A DNA stretch of 42,551 nt, taken from Candidatus Thorarchaeota archaeon. Its GTDB lineage: Archaea > Asgardarchaeota > Thorarchaeia > Thorarchaeales > Thorarchaeaceae. The stretch spans positions 1 to 42,551 of the forward strand of contig JBHLQH010000031.1 in the NCBI GenBank assembly GCA_048884965.1, written 5' to 3'. Under the pieces are notes generated by a model that was given only the letters and a program-made list of their open reading frames with translations, was not told the DNA's origin and ran no database searches. Of this stretch, positions 8,988 to 19,588 are shown one piece after another (position 1 is the first letter of the stretch; every line of letters starts with the position of its first letter). The translations under genes and the position numbers were made by a program.

Positions 8988-9341
8988 CTAATCCCATTCA
9001 TCAGAGAAGAAAACTATCCATGCTACTACTTCTTCAAGATAGTCAGAAACATCTCCATCTACTTTGAAAAGAGTTGAACCACTAGAATTCATAATGCTAC
9101 TAGAGCTAAGACGGAATCGAGTTGATCCAGAGCTAGTCATCACAGCTGAGCTGCTATAACGCCCTATGGTATTCCCAGACGAATTGCTTACATATCCTCC
9201 TCGTACCTTTCCAATTGTATTACCTGAGGAGTTGCTTACATTCCCAGAAGAAACCTTTCCAAGAGTACTTCTACTGGAGTTCATCACTCGTCCGCTTTCA
9301 ACATAGCCAATTGTTGATCCACTGTAGGTTGATATTCTCAT
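8988..9341 (-). CDS. Small Ser/Gly-rich protein with six 16-aa repeats (beta-flower-like)
   Basis: Repeat consensus GxVxNSSGxTIGKVxx, followed by a short acidic/hydrophobic C-terminal helix. ATG 9341 follows GAGG. Confidence 0.8.
   Translation of the reverse strand: MRISTYSGSTIGYVESGRVMNSSRSTLGKVSSGNVSNSSGNTIGKVRGGYVSNSSGNTIGRYSSSAVMTSSGSTRFRLSSSSIMNSSGSTLFKVDGDVSDYLEEVVAWIVFFSDEWD
9054..9341 (-). repeat. Six degenerate 48-bp coding repeats
   Basis: MRISTYSGSTIGYVES / GRVMNSSRSTLGKVSS / GNVSNSSGNTIGKVRG / GYVSNSSGNTIGRYSS / SAVMTSSGSTRFRLSS / SSIMNSSGSTLFKVDG. Confidence 0.85.
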
Positions 9342-9395
9342 GGTATTTCCCTCAAAAAAGAAGAATATCTGCAAATAATATTCATTCTGATGGAC

Positions 9396-10772
9396 TCATT
9401 CTTTGGAACTACCGGTTATTCTAAAAGATGGCAATTTCACTGGTGGTACTATTGCATCGCTAGTATTAATCTCCGTGTACTTTCCAATCAAGTCAATATC
9501 TCCGAGAAATCGAGGTGCTGCATCCGTATAACGTAAGGTCTTCAAGGGATATTGTATCTCACCATTCTTTATGTACCAAGCTCCATCCCGTGTCAGACCA
9601 GTGAAGGTACCTTGTGTTGGGTCTACTGCATTCTGATAATGGAAATGGGTAACAAGGATTCCATTGCCAGTTTCTGCAATCATCTCTTCGACTGAGGAAT
9701 CACCATCTTCTAGAATCATATGATTTGCTATGGGCAGAGACCTACCCATGGAACGTGCATTATGACCAGTGCTCTTGACACCGTCAACAGCAGCAGTTTT
9801 ACTGTCATATACAATATTCTTCACAACTCCAGCATTGACCAATTCAATTCTTGATTTAGGATATCCTTCTGAGTCGTACTTTGTTGCATCAACGAACCGA
9901 ATGTCAGTAGCATCATCCAGAAGGGTGAATTTCTCAGAGAACATTTTTTCTCCAATCCGATCCCTAAGAAAACTCCTGTAGTCTTGGTATGCTCTTGCGC
10001 TGAATCCAAAGAATGACAGGAAGAACATGAAGTCACCCATTGCAGCTGGTTCCAGAACTACTTCATAATCGCCAGGATCAATGTATTTCATTCCAAATCC
10101 ATCAGCAGCCTTCTGCGCTGCAATCTCTGCGACCTCTTTTACCATAAGATCACCAAAGCCTCTTCTACGGTCCTCGCACCACCCAGCTGTTTCTTCGCTG
10201 CCATCTTCAGCTAGAACTGTCAAGTTGATATTGGATCTAGTAGCTTTCTCATAAGCTTCAACGCCGAGGTTATTTACCAACACATTTTCTGACACAGCAT
10301 GAGATATAGCACCAGCGACAGATTTTATTCGTGGGTCAGTATCATGAGCAATAGCAACCGCATTCATGGCAAATTCTGCCCTCTGTTCTGGTGTCGCATT
10401 AATACTTGAAAGAGCTATGAGATCAGATTCATCGAATGCCTTTGAATAGGGATGAGGTTCCGGAAGCGATACAATGTCATCACTTATTGGAGAAACCTTG
10501 GCTAATTTTGCGGCAACCCGAGTAGCTTCAATTAGCGCATCATCCTCGAACACCTCGAATCTTACTGAGCCCTGCTTTTTCCCATAGTAAAGGTAAATTG
10601 AAACCACTGATCTCCGATCAGCCACATTCTGGTCTATAATCGAGTTGGCCAAGCGAGTCAATGCTGTATCGGCTAAGGTCATGGAAACCTGTATTTGAGA
10701 TGCACCAAGATTCTCAGATTCCTTGATGACAATGGAGGCTTTTTCCATAAGGACATTCTTGTTCGAATCCAT
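9396..10772 (-). CDS. pmbA: TldE/PmbA family protein (non-catalytic subunit)
   Basis: TRLANSII, PGDYEVVLEP, YDSEG, STGH, TGLTRDG. No HExxxH. Starts 1 nt after the tldD stop. Confidence 0.85.
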   Translation of the reverse strand: MDSNKNVLMEKASIVIKESENLGASQIQVSMTLADTALTRLANSIIDQNVADRRSVVSIYLYYGKKQGSVRFEVFEDDALIEATRVAAKLAKVSPISDDIVSLPEPHPYSKAFDESDLIALSSINATPEQRAEFAMNAVAIAHDTDPRIKSVAGAISHAVSENVLVNNLGVEAYEKATRSNINLTVLAEDGSEETAGWCEDRRRGFGDLMVKEVAEIAAQKAADGFGMKYIDPGDYEVVLEPAAMGDFMFFLSFFGFSARAYQDYRSFLRDRIGEKMFSEKFTLLDDATDIRFVDATKYDSEGYPKSRIELVNAGVVKNIVYDSKTAAVDGVKSTGHNARSMGRSLPIANHMILEDGDSSVEEMIAETGNGILVTHFHYQNAVDPTQGTFTGLTRDGAWYIKNGEIQYPLKTLRYTDAAPRFLGDIDLIGKYTEINTSDAIVPPVKLPSFRITGSSKE

Positions 10773-10773
10773 T

Positions 10774-12234
10774 CTAGTTACCTCCTTCGTTGTCAATACC
10801 GACTCTGACATTATGAAACCGTGCAGTTCCACATCCATGTCCAACATACATGATCTGCCCAGGCTGACCTTTCCCACAATTAGGAGTTCCCCATAGTCTC
10901 CAATCATCCCCGGATGATGCATCCATACTTCCCCAGAATTCTGGCGTGATACCTGTGTAGGTCGGATTACGGAGTACTCGAGTTATCTCACCATTTTTAA
11001 TTTCCCATGCGATTTCTGTTCCAAATTGGAAGTTTAACCGCTTATCATCAATACTCCAGCTCTTGTTGGTAGACATTAATATTCCATCTCTGGTATCCTC
11101 AATGATTTCGTTTCTCTTCCAACCATTTGGCTCAAGATTTATGTTGACCATACGGATAAGGGGTATCCTTTGGGGAGCGTCCGCTCTCATTCCAGCGGAG
11201 CTCTCGTTCAAACCAATTAACGCAGCTGTTTCTCGAGAGCTCTGATAACCAACGAAGAGACCATTCTTCACAAGTTCTACTCGTTTTGCTTTGACACCCT
11301 CATCGTCGTAACCAAAGGAGCCGAGACCTCCCTCTAAGGTGGAATCAGCTGTCATGGTCACATGCTCACTTCCGTATTTCAACCCTCCCAGTAAATCAGG
11401 TGTCATGAAACTAGTACCAGCATATGCTGCTTCAGTACCAAGCGCACGATCAAGCTCCGTAGGATGCCCACAGCTCTCATGAATCTGCAACTCCAGCTGA
11501 TGTCCATCGAGAAGTAGTGTCTTTCTACCGGAAGGACAAGTAGGTGCTTCCAGCAATTCCTTTACCTCTGCTAATGCTGTATCTACATTTCCTAGTAAGT
11601 CGATTTTCTCGAAATACTCATGCCCTTGCGTGCTAAAGTCCCCCCTGAAAGAACCAGGAATTGAACGAGTCTGAGGAGGGATTCCAGACGCTGTAGCTAC
11701 CAGTGACATTCCTCCTCCACAGAAAACTATCTTCTGTTCAATATATGCACCTTCTAGACTGGCGAATATCTTATCCTCTGAGTGAGCTCGATAGTCAGCT
11801 TGACTTACCTTGATATGTGACCCAGCCTCTCGAAGTCTCTTCTCTGTTTCTTGAAGAACCTCAAGCTTCTCTTCAATAGGGATTTCAAAAGGATCTTTTT
11901 TCACAGATGTTTCATACTTATCCTCGACAATATCAACATCGACCAACCTTACAGGCTCTTTTCTCGTAGACCCTGATGCCTTGGCGATTCGTACTGATAG
12001 CGCTGCGACCCTTCGTATCTCATCACGGTTAGCATCAAATGATCCTGCGAAGCCCCACCCACCATTAGCAATTGTTCGTATTCCGAAACCGGTTACTGCT
12101 GAATAGTTCAAAACATCAATGCTGCCTTTTCGTACTGTGATATCCTGATCCTTCACGGTAACAATTCGTATATCTGCATAGGACGCACCTGCTTTACTAC
12201 ATGTATCCAATGCAACCTGAGTTAGGTCCCTCAA
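10774..12234 (-). CDS. tldD: TldD family metalloprotease
   Basis: YADIR, GFGIR...GWGFA, catalytic HESCGH, YDDEG and CGKGQP. TTG 12234 (MRDLT) is preferred over the overlapping start at 12324. Confidence 0.92.
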   Translation of the reverse strand: MRDLTQVALDTCSKAGASYADIRIVTVKDQDITVRKGSIDVLNYSAVTGFGIRTIANGGWGFAGSFDANRDEIRRVAALSVRIAKASGSTRKEPVRLVDVDIVEDKYETSVKKDPFEIPIEEKLEVLQETEKRLREAGSHIKVSQADYRAHSEDKIFASLEGAYIEQKIVFCGGGMSLVATASGIPPQTRSIPGSFRGDFSTQGHEYFEKIDLLGNVDTALAEVKELLEAPTCPSGRKTLLLDGHQLELQIHESCGHPTELDRALGTEAAYAGTSFMTPDLLGGLKYGSEHVTMTADSTLEGGLGSFGYDDEGVKAKRVELVKNGLFVGYQSSRETAALIGLNESSAGMRADAPQRIPLIRMVNINLEPNGWKRNEIIEDTRDGILMSTNKSWSIDDKRLNFQFGTEIAWEIKNGEITRVLRNPTYTGITPEFWGSMDASSGDDWRLWGTPNCGKGQPGQIMYVGHGCGTARFHNVRVGIDNEGGN

Positions 12235-12299
12235 CCTTACAACACCACATCTGGCAAATACCCGTTTACAATAATACTCTTCCGCATCAAGTAGGAATT

Positions 12300-13292
12300 T
12301 CAATCGAGACTTTTTATTAACCAATTCAATCGACTATGATCAACAAATCCGAGCTTCTCATACATTGATATCGCAGGATAGTTGATGGTTGGTGTGCCAA
12401 CAGTAGCATACTTGCATCCATGCTCGATCAACGAATTAAGAACGGAATGTATCAACATGCTTGTAATTCCTCTTCTACGATGAGCAGGCAACAGTCCTAC
12501 CAAGCATAGATTACCAGTTAACGGATCTGCATTCCTGCAAGGGATTAACCCTCCAACCACTCCAATAGGAATTCCCTCATATTCAGCGAATCGCCAAAAC
12601 TCTGGAGGTGAGTGAAATTCTTCGTTTGCGAATATAATTCGACCACGCTGCAATGCTACTTCATAATTTGTAACAGATTGATCTGATCCATGGATACGCA
12701 GGTCTTCTTCAGTGCCTGTAAAGCAGTCAACCGTAAGTCTAGCTATATCTTCCGCAGAATGCGTATTCGCATCACTCAGAACTACATCCTTGAAAGTAGG
12801 TATTACATATGAATCATTAGGTAACTTCAGCAGTAATTCGGTCATTTCACCGGAAATATCAACAAATCCCATCTCATTTAACAACTCTTGATGCCAATGA
12901 GCATAATCGGTCCCAGAGGGAACCTTGATCGTACATCGTACTGAGAGTTTTTCTCTCTGACGAGCCTTCTCAATAGCTTCCTCTATTAACGCAACTGCGA
13001 TGTGAAGATGGGACTGCTCATCAAGTACTGTGGGTTCCCATCTTTCAAGTTGTGCATTTCGACCTCCAGTGGATATTCGAAGAATACCTACTATATCTGA
13101 AGATTCTTTCATACGGGCGATCAGATAACATGATTCAGGCTCGTTAAATCTCCTCTCCATATCTTTCAATTCGTTGTCCTTATTCCAGTCAAAAATGCGA
13201 TTCTTTTTGTACCAATAATATCGACTCATGATATTCTTCCAAGCATGTTGGAACTCACTCAAATCATCTGCTTCTTCAATTACAAACTCCAT
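12300..13292 (-). CDS. Tandem GNAT family N-acetyltransferase
   Basis: C-terminal acetyl-CoA motif VGLLPAHRRRGIT and N..AISMYEKLGF; degenerate N-terminal GNAT domain. Confidence 0.88.
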   Translation of the reverse strand: MEFVIEEADDLSEFQHAWKNIMSRYYWYKKNRIFDWNKDNELKDMERRFNEPESCYLIARMKESSDIVGILRISTGGRNAQLERWEPTVLDEQSHLHIAVALIEEAIEKARQREKLSVRCTIKVPSGTDYAHWHQELLNEMGFVDISGEMTELLLKLPNDSYVIPTFKDVVLSDANTHSAEDIARLTVDCFTGTEEDLRIHGSDQSVTNYEVALQRGRIIFANEEFHSPPEFWRFAEYEGIPIGVVGGLIPCRNADPLTGNLCLVGLLPAHRRRGITSMLIHSVLNSLIEHGCKYATVGTPTINYPAISMYEKLGFVDHSRLNWLIKSLD

Positions 13293-13327
13293 GTCAAATT
13301 CATGGTGAAACAGATTCTTTGCGATTT

Positions 13328-14578
13328 CTATTTTGATTTCTCGATTTCTTCTTGTATTCTTTCATGAATCCATTTCAGTCTATCACAAGTCCCAGTGTCC
13401 ATAATCTGCTCCACAGTATTGTGGAGTTCGTCTGAAAGCAATAGTCTTCCTTGTAGCGAACCATCTTCCCGTAACAAGGTCAAGTCCTCAACACCTCGTT
13501 CTAGCCTTACGGCCAAGTCATAGAATTGTTGGTTCTTGGATCTGCTAAATCCAAGAAGGTATGATTGATAGAATAGGATGTCAAGTATCTTCCCAAGAAC
13601 AAGAGTATTCATCTCGTATTCGTAGGGAAGACGATGCCGTACGGACCTATCACTTATCCCAACCTCTCTACAGACTTCGTACCCTCGTAGCATGGATCGA
13701 ACAGTTTTCACTCTGTAGTCAGGTCCCCCATATTTGTCGTTATTTGCATAGAGTCTTGTTAGGTACTCATGATGTTCAGGAAATTGACTTTTAATAACAC
13801 GGAGAAACAATTCCTTTTGTCTACCTGGCTTCAATGTCATTCCACCAAATAGAATGAACTCAGCGTGAGCTTCCTTTGCCATCTTGGCTAATGCTCTCAT
13901 ATTTTCATATGTATCGCCAATACCTGGAATGAGAGGAGTGCCCATTACACCTCCAAACAAACCAGTGTTCCTTATTTCTCTCAAAGCATCAAATCTTTGT
14001 TGAGTTGACGAAGACTTAGGTTCGAATACTTTCTTAATTTCAGGGTCAGCTAGAGTTATCGAAAACGCTACATTTGAAAAAGCAACCTCATGAATTGATT
14101 TCAACAAGTCAAGGTCTCGAAGGACTCTATTTGATTTCGTAAGAACAAAGACTGGCATCTCAAAATCAAGAAGTACCTCCAAGTTCCCACGTGTAACTCT
14201 CTCTTCCTCTTCTGCATGCTGATATCCATCTGAAACACCACCGCATACCCCAATAACTTGTTTCCGTGGAGTCTTCAATGCAAGTCTTTTAGCATCTTCA
14301 TCATCAAGGAAAGACCAAAGTGTTTCCGTTTCTAGCCTTGATCTAGCAGTATATCCTTCTTTCTCAAGTTCCTTACGCAAAATCTGAGGAGCATTCTCTT
14401 TGATACGAATATGAGTCTGGAAGTTATCCACATGGTAGCTCTCAGAGTAACCATCACAATAGACACACGCGAATTCACAACCCCGATAGGAATTAAGACC
14501 TCTATGAATATGGAACCAACTATCTGCCACCAGAGGTTTTGAAAGAAGAGACTTGGCCTTCACGCGCTCATATTGCAC
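13328..14578 (-). CDS. Radical SAM protein (Rv2578c/SplB-like family)
   Basis: NSYRGCEFACVYC (CxxxCxxC), SDGYQ..E, LTKS..VLRDLDLL, FEP. Confidence 0.9.
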   Translation of the reverse strand: MQYERVKAKSLLSKPLVADSWFHIHRGLNSYRGCEFACVYCDGYSESYHVDNFQTHIRIKENAPQILRKELEKEGYTARSRLETETLWSFLDDEDAKRLALKTPRKQVIGVCGGVSDGYQHAEEEERVTRGNLEVLLDFEMPVFVLTKSNRVLRDLDLLKSIHEVAFSNVAFSITLADPEIKKVFEPKSSSTQQRFDALREIRNTGLFGGVMGTPLIPGIGDTYENMRALAKMAKEAHAEFILFGGMTLKPGRQKELFLRVIKSQFPEHHEYLTRLYANNDKYGGPDYRVKTVRSMLRGYEVCREVGISDRSVRHRLPYEYEMNTLVLGKILDILFYQSYLLGFSRSKNQQFYDLAVRLERGVEDLTLLREDGSLQGRLLLSDELHNTVEQIMDTGTCDRLKWIHERIQEEIEKSK

Positions 14579-14682
14579 CTATATCATCTCGTGAAATGAA
14601 GAACGATGTTGCGCTCCTTCGAATCTTTATATTTTCTATCATATATTCTATAGTATTGTACTTTGCAGGAGTCTCTCAGACC

Positions 14683-17538
14683 ATGAGATTTTGGGCCCTA
14701 GAATATTCTCTGACTTCAATAAGGAATCAGAAGATTAGGAGCCTTGGAATTATCCTTCTCCTTGCCTTTGGGGTTGCATTACCTACTACTATTTTCTCAT
14801 GGAGTGCTACAGCTGAATACATCGTCTTCGATTCTTATTTCTCTGAGAATGCATATCAGATGAGCTTCTGTCCTCGAAATTTATCAGGAGAGGGATTTGC
14901 AGAATTACGAGAATGTGAGGATTTCATGCGAGGTCAGCGATTGACGGAACGAGTTGATTTCTTTACTTCAACCATAGGAGCAGTTGCCTCTCCTTTGACA
15001 CAATATCTCAGATCTATTAATCCTTCATCTCCAAATGATTACAACGGGATTCAAGATACCAGAATCATTCCCATATCTAATGACATTTTCGAAATAGTAT
15101 CAGGAGAATTTGATTGGGTGAGTAATCCTGTATATTCACCTCATGGTGTTTTTGTCTCTCAAGTTTTTGTTGAACACTGTAAGAGGTCACTAGATGTGAT
15201 ATATCATATTGGGGACACGCTAAGCCTTGACATATTCCCGGTCAAAGATGAATATGCTATCCGAATTGAGAATCTCACGATCGCTAATATCTTTGACATA
15301 AAATCCATCAATACCATTTTTGGAAGAGCATTTCCATCGACTATGCGACCCAACAATTGGACTGTATATCCAGAAGACCTCGAACCAGTTTTAGGAATAA
15401 AAGACTCGATCCTGATTCCATCAGAAATAATGGATCACTATATTGTATCAGAACTTGATATCGATGGATACTTTGAACCTTCAAGTTTACTTAGAGCGGA
15501 TATTGATGAGATCATCAATATGGGCAGTGATGATTTCGAAGAGCACATGTCATGTTTGCGCACGGTCCTTCTTGAGAAATATCATAATTTTAGAATTAGT
15601 TCAATACGAGAAATAGAGAGAGCCTCTGCATATTTGGAAGTAAAACTCAGGAATCAAGTCTTCACTCTTCTAGGATTTCCAATTATTGGGATGAGTCTTT
15701 TTATGACCATTTTTTCCTCAAGGACGTCAATTACCAAGAGAGAAGAGGAAATTGGTATTCTTCGGTCCAAAGGAGCATCATATAATCAGATTCTGACATC
15801 AATGATGAGTGAATCAATACTATTCTCAGTTACAGGTCTAATCATTGGAATAATGCTTTCATCCATTTTTGTTCCAATAATGGGAGCATCGACAGGGACA
15901 TTTGCAATTGATTATGGTCTATTCGCCATCTATCTGGAAAATTATAGGCTTCCATTCATTTCTATTTTGATAGGCGCGGTTATTTCGTTCTATTTACCGG
16001 GATTATATCTCTATCATATTGAAGTCAATGTTCAGGTGTATGAAATTGGTCCGCAAAAAACAGAGGAGCGTGCATCAAAATCAGAAGAAGGTAGATTCTG
16101 GAAATACACTATAGTTTTTTGCACTATTATCTGTTCTTTATTCTTATTACCAAGCTACATACGGCCCACAGGTAGTGCTGCGATTTTTGAAGTGCTTCTC
16201 ATTACGTTACTACTATTCTTTGCATCATATCTTGCTTCCCATATCATCCAATATCTCGTTGCGAAGATTTCAAATCGAGCAATCCCGATGATCGGTGAGA
16301 AGTTTGAGTATGTTTCTCGAAGTCTTATTAGAAGACAGAAGCAATTCATTCCACTATTGATAATTCTTACTTTAACAATGACAACAACAACAATGTTACT
16401 TGTTCAAAGCGCAACTCTAGATGCTACAGCTGAACAGGAATTACTATACGCCTATGGTTCTGACTTGCGGATGAAGGCAAAGTCAAACAGTATGCACTAT
16501 GAGGATTTCGTTGACGAGTTAGAGAGCTATGATTGGATAACAGAAGCAACTTCTGTCATGGAAGTGAATTCAAGAGTAGGTTCCCTTCCATTGAGAATCG
16601 AAGGGATTCAACCAATGGAGTTCAGTGCGATTTGCAATATTCAATCAGACTCTTTTGGTGTTGGCAATGCTATCGATTCCTTAGAGAGGTTATGCGATCA
16701 CCCGGACGGTATTATAATCTCAGAATATCTATCTGAGTTACTCAACCATTCAATTGGAGACCGTATCTCAATTACAGCTACGATTGACAATACAACAAGA
16801 ACCATAGCATTTCTCGTTCTGGGTATTATGAGAATGTCTCCGGGATTCGGATGGGCGTCTGAAACTGAAGCAGACTCCTTGTCGCTTCCCAACCAGCTAG
16901 GTTTTCAAATCCTTCCTGGAGGATTTGCATTTGTAAATCAAGACTATATTCTGAGAAAGCTGCACGTTACATACTCTAGGTACTTCTTTGCAAATGCAAT
17001 AATCGATCCAGCTTTAACATCGTTCTGTAACGCACTACAGGAAAGATATGACATGGAAGTTGATACATATCATTATTGCACCGTTATTCAGGAGGATATG
17101 GATATCAGCCTATTCCTCAGAGGAATGAAAGGATTCACAACAATAGCAATCATAATCTGTACTTCAATGTCAATAATTGCAATAGGCTTGTTTTTTGGCT
17201 CAGCAATTTCTGAGAGAAAACCAGAATATGCAATATTGCGAGCCGTAGGAGCAACAAAACATCAAATTCGTGTGATTGTTCTGGGAGAGTTCACCGGAGT
17301 TATTCTTGCGATGGTTTTCCTAAGTATAGGAATTGGATTCTCCTTTGGATATCTTACTAGCATTTTGATATTTGCAATATCTCCATTTCAGACACTCCTT
17401 CCCATTGTCCAAGAATATCAGGTTTCCCTGATTCTTTTCATAGCGTTATCAGAAACCATGATTATGCTCTTGGCTTGTTTATACCCTGCACACAAAGCTC
17501 AAAGAACAGAAATTGTGGAGGTGCTGAGAAACCTATGA
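14683..17538 (+). CDS. Large FtsX/MacB-like ABC permease with two permease modules (copy 1)
   Basis: R..EIGILRSKGAS and RKPEYAILRAVGA motifs, two large extracytoplasmic domains, ends in LRNL. Start MRFWALEY after AGGAG. Confidence 0.88.
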   Translation: MRFWALEYSLTSIRNQKIRSLGIILLLAFGVALPTTIFSWSATAEYIVFDSYFSENAYQMSFCPRNLSGEGFAELRECEDFMRGQRLTERVDFFTSTIGAVASPLTQYLRSINPSSPNDYNGIQDTRIIPISNDIFEIVSGEFDWVSNPVYSPHGVFVSQVFVEHCKRSLDVIYHIGDTLSLDIFPVKDEYAIRIENLTIANIFDIKSINTIFGRAFPSTMRPNNWTVYPEDLEPVLGIKDSILIPSEIMDHYIVSELDIDGYFEPSSLLRADIDEIINMGSDDFEEHMSCLRTVLLEKYHNFRISSIREIERASAYLEVKLRNQVFTLLGFPIIGMSLFMTIFSSRTSITKREEEIGILRSKGASYNQILTSMMSESILFSVTGLIIGIMLSSIFVPIMGASTGTFAIDYGLFAIYLENYRLPFISILIGAVISFYLPGLYLYHIEVNVQVYEIGPQKTEERASKSEEGRFWKYTIVFCTIICSLFLLPSYIRPTGSAAIFEVLLITLLLFFASYLASHIIQYLVAKISNRAIPMIGEKFEYVSRSLIRRQKQFIPLLIILTLTMTTTTMLLVQSATLDATAEQELLYAYGSDLRMKAKSNSMHYEDFVDELESYDWITEATSVMEVNSRVGSLPLRIEGIQPMEFSAICNIQSDSFGVGNAIDSLERLCDHPDGIIISEYLSELLNHSIGDRISITATIDNTTRTIAFLVLGIMRMSPGFGWASETEADSLSLPNQLGFQILPGGFAFVNQDYILRKLHVTYSRYFFANAIIDPALTSFCNALQERYDMEVDTYHYCTVIQEDMDISLFLRGMKGFTTIAIIICTSMSIIAIGLFFGSAISERKPEYAILRAVGATKHQIRVIVLGEFTGVILAMVFLSIGIGFSFGYLTSILIFAISPFQTLLPIVQEYQVSLILFIALSETMIMLLACLYPAHKAQRTEIVEVLRNL

Positions 17539-19130
17539 CCTTCACTTCTCAATCAATCATTCTAATATTCGCACTGGCTCTTCTGATGTTCTTCCAGCCT
17601 ACTATCACTCAATTCCAAATCACAGATCAACATGATCCGGGTCCTACAATATTCAGAAGCTATCTTGGCAGTGAAGATGACGACATTATAGTAGACATAG
17701 AAAAAGACGATCAAGATAGTATCTATGTCGTAGGATACACTACCTCTCCTCGATTTGAAATTCAAGATTTCGAATCTGTAAACCATGGTCAAATTGACAT
17801 TCTAGTTGCCAAAATCAGTAGTGAAGGCATACTTCTTTTTGTTAGTCTACTGGGAGGTTCAAAGAATGACATCCCTGAGGATTTCATCGTGGATGGAGAA
17901 CAGAATTTGGTGATTGTGGGTACCACTAATTCGTTGGACCTTCCGACCACAGATAATGCCTTTCAAAACAGAACTTTTGGGCAAGATACTGGGTTCATTA
18001 TACGTCTATCACCAAATGGCGAAATCGTCTATTGTTCCTATTTTGGTGGTAATAATAGGGATCAGATTTCTAATGTCATTGAAACAGATACTGGTGATGT
18101 AGTTTTATTGGGAAAGACACAATCCCACGATTTTCCACTAATCAATTCTCCACGTGACGAAATCTTGGGAAGTGAAGATTTCTTCATCGCTAGGTTTGGG
18201 AAAGAACTGGATGTTCTTATCATTTCTATACTGTGGGGCTCAAATTCAACTGACGTTGTGTTTACTGAAGGAAATCCAATTATCTTGAATTCTCTGAACG
18301 AACTTGTCATTGGGTTCTCGACCAACAACATAGAGTTTCCACAGAAAAGATACTCGGAGAAGGAAAGCCTCGATCCATTTCTCATCAAATTTAGTCTTCA
18401 AGGTGAATACCTGTCTTCTTTGTATGTGAATAATACAGCCGAGGATGATGAGGATACCATAATATCATCAATCGTAGAATATGATAGCGATAGATATTGT
18501 GTTTCCGGAACATTGTACACATGGTTTGTTTGGAAAATCGATCCCGAGATCTTTGTCACAACATTGGATTATGAAAACCAGGGAGCACGAAGAATCGTCT
18601 TCTTCGATGGGATGTTCGATGAAACAGTAACCGATATTGATGTGAATGCAACAGGACATATCTTCATTCTAGGGAATACGACTAGTCCAGATTTCTTGAG
18701 AAAGGATACCATGGAAGAATATTCAGGTGGAATAGATGCCTTTCTTCTAGTTCTCAATCCTCAGACTTTGCAAACTCAATTTACAACTTACTTAGGAGGA
18801 GTAGACGACGAGATCGGAAATCACTTTGTCCTCGATGATTCAGGAAAGATATTCTTGGTTGGATCTACATCATCAATAGATCTGATTCCCGTTCACGCGT
18901 TTCAATCTTCAAAAACAGACGGGAAGTATGGATTTGATGGATATGTTTGGTGTATCGATATAACCAAAGATAGTGAAACTGAAACTTCCGATACTACTAC
19001 GACTGCAGTTTCAATTGCTCAAATCACTCTGTCTGAATATGAAGCAATCACATTAGTTGCACTAACTCTTCCATCAATAGTTGCATTGATAATTCTATAC
19101 ACCTTGTCGAGAAAAGAGAGACATAACTAA
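17535..19130 (+). CDS. SBBP-repeat beta-propeller surface protein with C-terminal TM anchor (copy 1)
   Basis: Repeats of SYLG/SYFGG...D...G.T.S.DF. ATGA overlap with the permease stop; Thr-rich linker, TM and basic tail. Confidence 0.88.
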   Translation: MTFTSQSIILIFALALLMFFQPTITQFQITDQHDPGPTIFRSYLGSEDDDIIVDIEKDDQDSIYVVGYTTSPRFEIQDFESVNHGQIDILVAKISSEGILLFVSLLGGSKNDIPEDFIVDGEQNLVIVGTTNSLDLPTTDNAFQNRTFGQDTGFIIRLSPNGEIVYCSYFGGNNRDQISNVIETDTGDVVLLGKTQSHDFPLINSPRDEILGSEDFFIARFGKELDVLIISILWGSNSTDVVFTEGNPIILNSLNELVIGFSTNNIEFPQKRYSEKESLDPFLIKFSLQGEYLSSLYVNNTAEDDEDTIISSIVEYDSDRYCVSGTLYTWFVWKIDPEIFVTTLDYENQGARRIVFFDGMFDETVTDIDVNATGHIFILGNTTSPDFLRKDTMEEYSGGIDAFLLVLNPQTLQTQFTTYLGGVDDEIGNHFVLDDSGKIFLVGSTSSIDLIPVHAFQSSKTDGKYGFDGYVWCIDITKDSETETSDTTTTAVSIAQITLSEYEAITLVALTLPSIVALIILYTLSRKERHN

Positions 19131-19588
19131 CATGCATCACACGGGGGAAACATGTCCAAGACTAATCGAACGGCAGTTTCAACAAATCCAGGACATTTCG
19201 TTTCAAATATCTTCTCTTCATGTCCTTTTTGATATCCTTCATCAGTGCTTATATTCACACCAACAAGGTCATTGCATTTAACACTATGATGTTTCTCTCT
19301 AAATAGACGAATAAACTCACGAACATATTCATACGATTTCTTCTTGTGATCGATTCGTTCAGGATGGATTCGTTCCAATAGAAGGCCAATTGCAATGACA
19401 GCGCCACTTACAGCTCCACATGTTTCACCGCAGATACCCATTCCGCCTCCAAAGCCTGCTGCAAGGTATGTGACAGATGGTATCTTCATATCTCGTGCTT
19501 CAATTGTTGCCTTAAGTACAGATTGAGCGCAGTTGTAATCTTCCGAGAAGAGTTGCTTAGCTTTTTTGACAGCATCTTCATTCAACAT
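19127..19588 (-). CDS. C_GCAxxG_C_C family putative redox-active protein
   Basis: YNCAQSV, GFGGGMG..GETCGAVSG, SVKC, TKC. Confidence 0.92.
   Translation of the reverse strand: MLNEDAVKKAKQLFSEDYNCAQSVLKATIEARDMKIPSVTYLAAGFGGGMGICGETCGAVSGAVIAIGLLLERIHPERIDHKKKSYEYVREFIRLFREKHHSVKCNDLVGVNISTDEGYQKGHEEKIFETKCPGFVETAVRLVLDMFPPCDAC

Noticed and set aside
10773-10922. N-terminal extensions in the ORF track for pmbA (similarly tldD, permease 1, both SBBP genes, the HAAS gene and the second redoxin)
   Set aside because: They overlap neighbouring genes; downstream starts with an RBS or ATGA coupling fit better.
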